From positions 448,001 through 512,000 of the forward strand of contig CAWKDC010000001.1 in NCBI GenBank assembly GCA_963848305.1: DNA of 64,000 bases, read 5' to 3'. Shown here piece after piece: positions 54,952 to 64,000 of this stretch (positions are counted from its first letter, which is position 1; the number at the start of each line of letters is the position of its first letter). The notes below the pieces were generated by a model, which was not told where the DNA came from, made no database searches, and worked only from the letters and a program-made list of their open reading frames with translations. Origin of the DNA: an uncultured Gammaproteobacteria bacterium. GTDB lineage: Bacteria > Pseudomonadota > Gammaproteobacteria > JABCZS01. Both the position numbers and the translations under genes were made by a program.

Positions 54952-55539
54952 TTAAACCGCTGGATGAGCTACAACCACTTGAGGAGCTGCAACACGTTTC
55001 TTAGAACGTCTTACAGTGCGTTTTTTAGGAGCAGCTTTCTTAGCAGCCTTTCTTGCACCCTTTTTACGGGTTGCTTTCTTGGCAGCTTTAGGCTTTGCTG
55101 ATTTACGAACTTTACGTTTCGTGCCAGCAGCTTTACGCTTTGCACCAGCTTTACGCTTGGAAGACTTTTTAACGGTCTTCTTTGCAGCCTTTTTCAACGC
55201 AGCAGCAGCTTTCTTCAAGTCAGCGCGTAATTGAGCACGCAATTTCTTGAGTTCAGCAGCATGTTTTGCCTTCAGCTTTCTAGCTGCGACAGCATGCTTT
55301 GCCTTTGCACGTTTCAACATAGCAGCCGCTTTAACACGGATGGCTCTCAAACGTTTTGCAACGCTTGCGCCTTTGCTAGCTGTACGGCGCTTGGTAGCTT
55401 TCTTTGCTACTTTGCGGGTTGATTTACGTTTAACAGCAGCTTTCGTCGCTGTCTTACGCTTTGCTGCTTTGCGTTTAGGCTTAGCAGCTGGTGCAGCTTT
55501 CGCTGCAGCTTTTTTCACTTTACGTTTACGTGTAGCCAT
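54952..55539 (-). CDS. histone H1-like nucleoid protein (Hq1/HctB/AlgP-like)
   Basis: 195 aa dominated by K, A, R with KKAA/KRK repeats; AGGAG RBS. Confidence 0.85.
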   Translation of the reverse strand: MATRKRKVKKAAAKAAPAAKPKRKAAKRKTATKAAVKRKSTRKVAKKATKRRTASKGASVAKRLRAIRVKAAAMLKRAKAKHAVAARKLKAKHAAELKKLRAQLRADLKKAAAALKKAAKKTVKKSSKRKAGAKRKAAGTKRKVRKSAKPKAAKKATRKKGARKAAKKAAPKKRTVRRSKKRVAAPQVVVAHPAV

Positions 55540-55967
55540 AGTTTAGTCTCCTGAACTACTGTATAAGGGCGGTCAATAAAAACATAGCACATATGCAGAT
55601 AACTTCCACAACGCAAGTTGTTTTTTTTCAAAAAACCTTCAGATAATTCATAAAACTAGAATTAACTAATTGTTTTTAAAGGAAAATATTTTTTGAATTA
55701 TTTTGAAGAAAATTGTCATATCTAACAGTTGGTTATCACTTTTTTCATCAAAACAGCCTGTAGCCATAAAATTATTTGATGGTAAAGAGGGTCAATTTTC
55801 TGTAAAATGGCCGATGATTAAGAAGGCGTTGCACGTGTGTGGAATCCCTACGGCCAATAGGCCGCCCCCCTTTTCCAAAGGAAGGCAAGCATGCGAAAGC
55901 CCACCGCTTTCACGGGGATAAACTCAGCATACTGCGCCCTTACACCTAAATATATGAGAAATAAAGA

Positions 55968-58337
55968 ATGGCAATATCAAAACCCAAGAAAACAACGACC
56001 AAGAAATCTGCGGCCGCAGCTGATGCCCTGCCCAAACGTCTCATATTACTCCCCTTGGTTGAGCGGCCATTTTTCCCGCCCCAAACATTGCCGCTGTTAT
56101 TAGACAAAGAGCCCTGGCACAAAAGTATTCAACAAATCATTGAAACCAATGAAGGCGCGGCGGGCCTCATATTAACGCGTGCACAAAGCTCAGACGCCTC
56201 TAAGCCAAAAGATTTCTACCCTGTTGGAACCGCCATACGCGTACATCAACCTGTTGAAGCAGGTGAACAGGTTCAAATCATTGCAGAAGGTGCCAAACGA
56301 TTTAAAATTTTAAAATGGATTAAAAAAACACCCCCTTTTTTAGTCGAAGTCGAATACTTGGAGGATACGCAATCCAGTTCTGATGAGAAAAATAAAGCGT
56401 ATGTGATGGCCATTATCACTGCCCTTAAAGAATTGATTCCCCTCAATCCACTCTATTCCGAAGAGCTCAAATTTTTCCTCAAACGGTTTATTCCGAATGA
56501 TCCTTCCTACCTGTCTGATTTTGCAGCCAGCCTCACCAGTGCAGACAAGGAAGAACTTCAAGATATTTTGAATACGACAGATATCAGCAAACGTCTGAAA
56601 AAAGTTGTGCTGTTATTGAAAAAAGAAACTGAACTTGTGAAAATGCAGGTGAAGATCAGCGAAGAAGTCGAAGAAAAGATTGATGAACAACAACGTCACT
56701 TTTTCCTCAACGAACAATTAAAAGCCATTCAAAAAGAATTGGGTATCGCTAAGGATGATCGCACGGCTGAAATTGATCGATTTGAAGAAAAAATTGCTAA
56801 ATTACATTTACCCGAAGACACCCATGCCCGTGTTGAAGAAGAACTGGATAAACTCACTGTTCTGGAAATGGGATCACCCGAATATACGATCACCCGTAAT
56901 TATTTAGAATTGATCACCAGCCTACCTTGGCACACTTATTCAAAAGATAAACTCAGCCTGGTCAGTGCGCGCCGTATTTTGAACAAAGAACATGAAAGCT
57001 TGGATGATATCAAAGATCGCATTCTTGAGTTCATTGCAGTAGGTTCTTTGAAAGGCAAAATCAGCGGTACCATTTTATTGCTGGTCGGCCCACCCGGCGT
57101 TGGTAAAACATCAATTGGTCGGTCTATTGCCCATGCGGTTGGACGCAAATTTTATCGTTTTTCAGTCGGCGGCATGCGTGATGAAGCAGAAATCAAAGGC
57201 CACCGTCGCACATATATTGGCGCGATGCCTGGCAAAATCATTCAATGCTTGAAAGAAATGAAAGTGGCCAACCCGATCATCATGCTCGATGAAATTGACA
57301 AAATTGGAAGCTCTTATCAAGGCGACCCTGCATCTGCGCTGCTCGAAGTGCTCGACCCAGAGCAAAATAAAGATTTTCTTGATCATTATTTAGATATCCG
57401 TTTTGATTGCTCTAAAATCATGTTTATCTGCACTGCAAATCAGATCGACACGATCCCTCAAGCTTTATTAGATCGTATGGAAGTCTTGCATCTTGCCGGC
57501 TATATTCTTGAAGAAAAATTGCGTATCGCACAAAAACATTTATGGCCACGTTGTTTGAAAAACAGTGGCATTTCTGCTCACCAATTAATCCTGACTGAAC
57601 CTGCTTTGCGGATGATCATCCAGTCCTATGCACGCGAATCAGGCGTACGCTCATTGGAAAAATATCTGGCACGCATTGCGCGCAAAGCGGCCGTGAAAAT
57701 TGTCGGCGGCATGAAAGGGAAAATAACCATCGGACCCAAAGAGTTGCAAGAATATTTAGGCATTGCTCCTTTCATTGATGAAAAACCACTCGAAGGCATT
57801 GGTGTCGCAACAGGCCTTGCATGGACATCCATGGGTGGCGCGACGCTCAGCATTGAAGCCACGCAACATGCCGCCAAAGATCGTGGGTTTAAATCCACTG
57901 GTCAAATGGGCGATGTCATGAAAGAATCTGCGCAAATTGCATTCACCTACGTGTTAAGCACTTTGAAAGAGTATGGTTTATCTGAACATGTGTTCGAAAA
58001 CAGTCTCGTTCATTTACACATTCCTGAAGGCGCCACACCAAAAGACGGCCCATCCGCGGGTATCACGATGGCCACTGCCCTGTTTTCGCTGGCGATGAAT
58101 AAACCTGCGAAAACACAGATTGCGATGACAGGGGAATTGACCCTCACCGGTCAAGTGCTGGCCGTCGGCGGAATCAAAGAGAAAATCATTGCAGCCAAAC
58201 GCATTGGCATTCATGAAATCATCATGCCTGACAGCGTGCGGAAAGATTACGATGAATTGCCAGCGCATATCAAAGAAGGATTAGTGGTTCATTTTGTCAA
58301 ACATTATCGAGAGGTATTTGATTTGATGTTTGAATGA
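55968..58337 (+). CDS. lon: ATP-dependent protease La
   Basis: GPPGVGKTS, HRRTYIGAMPG, PKDGPSAG. Confidence 0.97.
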   Translation: MAISKPKKTTTKKSAAAADALPKRLILLPLVERPFFPPQTLPLLLDKEPWHKSIQQIIETNEGAAGLILTRAQSSDASKPKDFYPVGTAIRVHQPVEAGEQVQIIAEGAKRFKILKWIKKTPPFLVEVEYLEDTQSSSDEKNKAYVMAIITALKELIPLNPLYSEELKFFLKRFIPNDPSYLSDFAASLTSADKEELQDILNTTDISKRLKKVVLLLKKETELVKMQVKISEEVEEKIDEQQRHFFLNEQLKAIQKELGIAKDDRTAEIDRFEEKIAKLHLPEDTHARVEEELDKLTVLEMGSPEYTITRNYLELITSLPWHTYSKDKLSLVSARRILNKEHESLDDIKDRILEFIAVGSLKGKISGTILLLVGPPGVGKTSIGRSIAHAVGRKFYRFSVGGMRDEAEIKGHRRTYIGAMPGKIIQCLKEMKVANPIIMLDEIDKIGSSYQGDPASALLEVLDPEQNKDFLDHYLDIRFDCSKIMFICTANQIDTIPQALLDRMEVLHLAGYILEEKLRIAQKHLWPRCLKNSGISAHQLILTEPALRMIIQSYARESGVRSLEKYLARIARKAAVKIVGGMKGKITIGPKELQEYLGIAPFIDEKPLEGIGVATGLAWTSMGGATLSIEATQHAAKDRGFKSTGQMGDVMKESAQIAFTYVLSTLKEYGLSEHVFENSLVHLHIPEGATPKDGPSAGITMATALFSLAMNKPAKTQIAMTGELTLTGQVLAVGGIKEKIIAAKRIGIHEIIMPDSVRKDYDELPAHIKEGLVVHFVKHYREVFDLMFE

Positions 58338-59320
58338 GCGCCGAAAGCAGTCTGATATGTGAATCGCTATCATTCAACGCTGGAATATAATGATAATGCT
58401 GTCCGCCTGCTGCTAAAAATACTTGCTTCAATGTATGGCTCAACTCTTCTAACGTTTCCAAACAATCTGCGCTAAATGACGGACTGATCACATCGACATG
58501 ATCAATCCCCTCGCCTGCCCAGGCTTTCAATACATCAACCGTGTAAGGCTTCACCCAAGCTTTACGGACCAAAACGGGATTGAAAGGTCACTTGATACTC
58601 TTCTGCATTCAACTTTAAACGCGCAGCCAATAAACGGGCAGTGTCATGGCATTGATCGGGATACGGATCGCCCGCATGATGATACTCTTCTGGTATTCCG
58701 TGAAAGGACAACAACAACCGTTGCCCGCGTCCTCTTTCTCTCCAATGGTTTTCGATGGATTGAGCCAATGCATCGATGTACAATGGATGATCATGATAAG
58801 ACCGGATGGTATGAATAGGTGGGAGATTGAGATCATGGTGCTGTTTCAATACATCAAAAACGGATTCGGTCGTGGTCACAGAATATTGTGGATAAAGTGG
58901 CAATACAAATAATGAACCATGATTGTTTTGCGCAATGGTTTTCAAAACATCACGCATGTTGGGTTCCCCGTAACGCATGCCGACGTAAACCGTATTATTG
59001 CTCAGGGCTGCTTGAAGCTTTACAGCAGTGCGGGTGGTGATCACACGAAGTGGGCTCCCCTCATCCCACCAAATACTTTGATAGAGCTTGGCAACTTTAG
59101 GGGAACGCAAGGGTAAAATGATAAAGTGTAATAATGGGCACCAAAGCCAGCGCGTAAGGCCAATCACACGTTTGTCATGCAAGAATTCAGCCAGGAAAGA
59201 TTTAACGGCGTGTGTAGTGGGCGCGGTGGGCGTGCCGAGGTTGATGATGAGTGCGGCATCCGTTATAACCCCCGTTTGATGGGCGCAATTACGCGCCCCT
59301 ACAAGAGGGTCATTCATCAT
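58297..59320 (-). CDS. hemH: ferrochelatase (frameshift near 58565)
   Basis: NLGTP, PLYPQYS, SFHGIP, FQSRFG, FSADCLETLEE. Confidence 0.94.
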
Positions 59321-59658
59321 TTCACTTGCTCTTTCGTGATCGCCTGAGCCTCAGTCAACAAACGGTGTAGTTCTTGTTTGGGCAGCATGCCGGATTGAAC
59401 AAAGACTGCTACTTGATGGCGAATGATCACGGTCGTAGGCACTGAGCGCACATTGAACGCGCTGGCCAATTCCTGTTCTTTGCTGACATCGATGGTTCCA
59501 AATAACACAGCGGGGAAATGCTCAGCCATGTCTTTCACCGTTTCTTTAAACGATTGACAAGGTTCGCACCAATCGGCGCTGAAATCCATCACGATAAAAT
59601 CATGTTTATCGAAATACGTATCAAAATTATCTTTGTTCAATGAAATGACTTTACCCAT
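59317..59658 (-). CDS. thioredoxin-family protein
   Basis: DFSADWCEPC, VRSVPT. Confidence 0.9.
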   Translation of the reverse strand: MGKVISLNKDNFDTYFDKHDFIVMDFSADWCEPCQSFKETVKDMAEHFPAVLFGTIDVSKEQELASAFNVRSVPTTVIIRHQVAVFVQSGMLPKQELHRLLTEAQAITKEQVK

Positions 59659-59661
59659 GCG

Positions 59662-60334
<673 letters not shown>

Positions 60335-60718
60335 GGAAGACTCCTTCAATGAAGATAAAATGCGCTTCACGCGCTGCCATAGGGCTTCTTGCTGATTGAG
60401 CGATAGTGTATCAAACCGCGCCCCATTCGCCAATGCCAAATGTTGCATCCACAAAAATCGCTTTAAAAACTTCTGGTTAGCCAATCCCAGGGTTTCTGTA
60501 GAGCATAGTCCGGTCAGCCGCGCCACCTGTGTGAGCGTGAGAAAACAATCTCCCAACTCTTCTTGGATGTCCTTTTTGTCTTTCTTTTCAATGGCTTCAA
60601 TACACTCTTCACACTCTTCTATGAGCTTTCGCAGTGCTAAGCGCGGATCCTGCCAATCAAACCCCTGAGCAGCGGCCATCTCGCCAATAGCGTGTGAATG
60701 GATGAGGGGGTCGGTCAT
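60335..60718 (-). CDS. mazG: single-domain MazG-like nucleotide pyrophosphohydrolase
   Basis: [26 protein letters not shown]; ATGA-coupled to relA; no stop before adk in this assembly. Confidence 0.8.
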
Positions 60719-62913
60719 GAGGATTCCTCTTGAGAGCGGGCGCATTCAATCACATTGGGGAGTGCACTCAAGCGAGACAATACACGTGATAACATCGCCA
60801 AGTCGGCCACTTCCACGGTCATGTCGGTGCGCACAGAATTATCCGCTCGATTTGATTTAGAATGGAGCGAGGTGACGTTGACTTTTTCAGACGATAAAAG
60901 CGAAGTGATATCGCGTAATAAATCTTTGCGATCATACGAATGAATAAAAATATGTACGGGATACATCTGACTTTCATTTCCGCCCCAATTCACTGCAATG
61001 ATTTTTTCAGGATGTTCTTCTTGTGAATAGTGAATATTCGGACAATCAGCACGATGAATGGACACCCCTTTCCCAAGTGCCAAATAACCTAAGATAGGAT
61101 CTCCGCGCACGGGCGAACAACATTGTGCATAGGTGGCCAATAAATTACCAACACCGGAAATCGTGATATCGTCATGATGTTTTTTGGCAGGAATATGTCG
61201 TCTTACAGGCGCTACCCTATTCAAATCTTGACCGAAAGCAGTGTGCAAGACTTGCGCCATGCGAATATCACCGCGGCCTAATGCAGCTAAAACATCATCA
61301 CCACTTTGTAAATTAATCTTTTTAGCAACTGCTTCTAGATCAACAGAACCCAAATTCAACCGATCGCATTCTTTATCTAAATATTGTCGGCCATCTTGAA
61401 TATTATCGTCCCTGTTTTGCAACCTGAACCAGGCTCGTACTTTAGATTTGGCACGTGATGTGAATAAGTAACCGGATTCATTGTGCAACCAATCCTTCCC
61501 GGGACGAGACTCGCTTTGCGCAATGATTTCAATTTGATCACTGCTGTTTAAAACATAGGTTAAAGGAACCATTCGCCCATTGACTTTCGCACCGCGCGTC
61601 CTGTGACCCAGATCGGTATGGACATGATAAGCAAAATCGAGCGGGGTAGATCCTTTAGGTAAATCCACTACCTCGCCTTTGGGCGTGAAAACATAAACGC
61701 GATCTTCTGTCACGGTATTTTTCAATTCATTGAATAGATCATCGGCGTTGCTGATTTCTTGTTGCCACTCAAGCAATGCGTTCAGCCATTTCATTTTGTG
61801 TTGATCAGGCAGCGCCGTTTTAGCCCCTTCTTTGTAGGCCCAATGCGCACAGACACCTATTTCAGATTCTTCATGCATGGCGTGAGTGCGGATCTGCACT
61901 TCCAATACTTTTCCCTGAGGCCCGACAACAGCAGTGTGAAGCGATCGATAACCATTGGCTTTAGGAGCTGCAATATAATCGTCAAATTCTTTTGGGATAT
62001 GTGGCCATAAACCATGAACAATACCCAATACCGCATAGCAATCGCTGATTTTATCAACCAATACGCGAATAGCTCGCACATCATACACTTCTTCGTATTG
62101 GATATTTTTACGTTGCATTTTCCGCCAAATCGAATAAATATGTTTGATGCGACCATCCACACTGGCATGCACACCTTCTGATTTCATTTTCTGTGTCAGT
62201 GTTTGAATAACTTCATCAACCGAGCGTAGGCGATCCAATCGTTTTTCGGCTACCAATTTCGCAATTTGCGTATATTTCTCTGGTTCTAAATATCGAAAGC
62301 TGAGATCTTCTAACTGCCACTTTAAATGTCCGACACCCAAACGATTGGCGAGTGGAGCATATACTTCCCGCGCTTCAATTGCCAGTGATTTTTGAATATC
62401 GGGTTTTGCGTCTCTTGCGTATTCTAACGCGGCAATATGATGCCCTAGCTTGATCAACACCACACGGATGTCTTCCACCATTGACACTAACATTTTACGC
62501 AAATTATCCAGGTGATGTGCATAATCATCTAAATCGACTTCATAGGCACGCAAATGATGCAGTGCATCCATTTGCTTGACACCCATGACTAATTTTGCAA
62601 TATCAGACGAATAATGCGATTTCAAATAAGACTCATTGAACTGTTTCGCAATCGCCATGGGATAAATAAAAGCGGCCGCTAAGCCATCGGGATCCAAATT
62701 GATTTCGGCTAAAATTTCGACGAGATGTGCGCCGGAAGCGATGAAGACAGGATCAAGTTTTTCTGTTTCAGCATAGGACAATGCTTTCTCACAAGATGCA
62801 CGAAGTTTTTCGCGGTAAGGATCGCCCATGTAGGCGACCACATGGCTCAACCAAGGTGACAGCGTTTCAACCGTTAAAGGCGCTTCTAGAATCGTCTTCC
62901 TCAGTTTAGCCAT
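60715..62913 (-). CDS. relA: (p)ppGpp synthetase RelA
   Basis: [36 protein letters not shown] and ACT domains; no intact HD motif. Confidence 0.96.
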   Translation of the reverse strand: MAKLRKTILEAPLTVETLSPWLSHVVAYMGDPYREKLRASCEKALSYAETEKLDPVFIASGAHLVEILAEINLDPDGLAAAFIYPMAIAKQFNESYLKSHYSSDIAKLVMGVKQMDALHHLRAYEVDLDDYAHHLDNLRKMLVSMVEDIRVVLIKLGHHIAALEYARDAKPDIQKSLAIEAREVYAPLANRLGVGHLKWQLEDLSFRYLEPEKYTQIAKLVAEKRLDRLRSVDEVIQTLTQKMKSEGVHASVDGRIKHIYSIWRKMQRKNIQYEEVYDVRAIRVLVDKISDCYAVLGIVHGLWPHIPKEFDDYIAAPKANGYRSLHTAVVGPQGKVLEVQIRTHAMHEESEIGVCAHWAYKEGAKTALPDQHKMKWLNALLEWQQEISNADDLFNELKNTVTEDRVYVFTPKGEVVDLPKGSTPLDFAYHVHTDLGHRTRGAKVNGRMVPLTYVLNSSDQIEIIAQSESRPGKDWLHNESGYLFTSRAKSKVRAWFRLQNRDDNIQDGRQYLDKECDRLNLGSVDLEAVAKKINLQSGDDVLAALGRGDIRMAQVLHTAFGQDLNRVAPVRRHIPAKKHHDDITISGVGNLLATYAQCCSPVRGDPILGYLALGKGVSIHRADCPNIHYSQEEHPEKIIAVNWGGNESQMYPVHIFIHSYDRKDLLRDITSLLSSEKVNVTSLHSKSNRADNSVRTDMTVEVADLAMLSRVLSRLSALPNVIECARSQEESS

Positions 62914-62914
62914 G

Positions 62915-64000
62915 CTAACCTCTTTTGAACAGTGCCATTGCTTCCGTGTGCTGTGTGTGCGTAAACATGTCCATCGCACCGAGTCGCGCCAAATGATAAC
63001 CTTGCTCTTTCAAAATCCCTGCATCACGAGCCAATGTCGCGGGATTGCAGGACACATACACAATGTGTGACGGGTTCCATTGCTTGATGCGCGTCACAAT
63101 ATTCTTCGCACCCGTTCGAGGTGGGTCAATTAAAAGTTTGTCGTATTGACGCATTGCCCAAGGCGCATCCAGTGTTTCACTGTCCAGATCTGCAGCGTGC
63201 CCTTCAATATTGATGATGCGGTTGAGTGCAGCATTTTCAGCCAGACGCAGCACCATCCCTGGGTCCCCTTCTACCGCAACCACTTGTTGCGCACGTTTTG
63301 CCAAGGGTAATGAAAAATTCCCCAGTCCACAAAATAAATCTAACACGGTTTCGCTATGATCAACTTGAAGCCACTCCATCGCCTGCGCCACCATTTTGGT
63401 ATTCACGGCTTGATTGACTTGAATAAAATCGTTAGGGTGAAATTGTAAGGTAATATCTGAGACACCGAGCGCATAATGCAATCTTTCAGGTGAATCATTG
63501 GCAGGCCAAATTCGGTGAACTGTATCGGGACCTTTCGGTTGTAAATATAGATGAAAACGCGTTTGTTCAGCAAATGCAAGCAATGCCGCCATGTCTTTGC
63601 TTGAGATGGGTGTCAGATGGCGAATGGTGATCGCTGTCGCGTCATCCCCAACCGATAATTCAATTTGAGCAATGTCTTGGCGGTTGTCAAACGTTTCGAA
63701 TAAAGCGCGCACTGTTTCCCAATGATCAGAAAATTCAGGTCGCACCACAATACAGGTTTTGCAATCCGTTAAATAACGCGAGGATTGTTCCCGAAAACCC
63801 ATCAATAATTTTTCCTTTTTATTCACATAACGCAATCCAATACGAGCGCGGCGACGGTAGCCAATGGGTTTGTCTTGAAGCGGCGCAACCACTTCATCAG
63901 GTATCACATTCCCAAAATGTTGCAGTTGTTCTAGCAATTGTGTTTCTTTCATTTTGATTTGCATAGCAGGAGACATGTGCTGCAAATCACAGCCACCACA
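62915..64000 (-). CDS. rlmD: 23S rRNA m5U1939 methyltransferase (5'-truncated)
   Basis: CGGCDLQH, FIQVN, LDLFCGLGNF, DPPRTG, YVSCNPATLARD. Confidence 0.96.
   Translation of the reverse strand, partial: CGGCDLQHMSPAMQIKMKETQLLEQLQHFGNVIPDEVVAPLQDKPIGYRRRARIGLRYVNKKEKLLMGFREQSSRYLTDCKTCIVVRPEFSDHWETVRALFETFDNRQDIAQIELSVGDDATAITIRHLTPISSKDMAALLAFAEQTRFHLYLQPKGPDTVHRIWPANDSPERLHYALGVSDITLQFHPNDFIQVNQAVNTKMVAQAMEWLQVDHSETVLDLFCGLGNFSLPLAKRAQQVVAVEGDPGMVLRLAENAALNRIINIEGHAADLDSETLDAPWAMRQYDKLLIDPPRTGAKNIVTRIKQWNPSHIVYVSCNPATLARDAGILKEQGYHLARLGAMDMFTHTQHTEAMALFKRG

Noticed and set aside
55895-55920. IS200/IS605 end-like hairpin GAAAGC-CCACC-GCTTTC next to a half REP
   Set aside because: No tnpA/tnpB/iscB or convincing partner end; too short to call

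Overview
Chromosomal window of a gammaproteobacterium whose gene content suggests a Legionellales/Coxiella-like host-associated lifestyle; this is inferred from ankyrin, F-box-like, phospholipase D and TM-anchored orphan genes and a histone H1-like protein. Housekeeping blocks: mnmA-purB, yqjDEK-like genes, glyQS, pilA, miaB-ybeY-corC-lnt, hss, minCDE, corA, ppsA/ppsR, an RND pump, dapD, cydP-cydABX, tsaB, lon, hemH-trx-adk-mazG-relA-rlmD. The main accessory feature is a ~9 kb phage-satellite-like element (tyrosine integrase, Xis/AlpA-like, CHC2 zinc finger, Toprim-DUF3987, DUF5681, cargo) in tRNA-Thr(CGT). It has an unusually long ~220 bp flanking repeat containing the 3' tail of a cargo gene, iteron-like repeats and a densely structured ~280 nt leader RNA candidate. 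Two more short duplications join effector-like genes to reused modules: a 174 bp promoter plus N-terminus, and a 370 bp cydX-containing repeat. Other oddities are an alpha2-type Gly-tRNA ligase beside an Rsm22/METTL17-like gene and several REP-like palindrome families. About ten frameshifts, some in normally essential genes, point to unpolished long-read errors. All protein calls come from motif recognition, not database searches.
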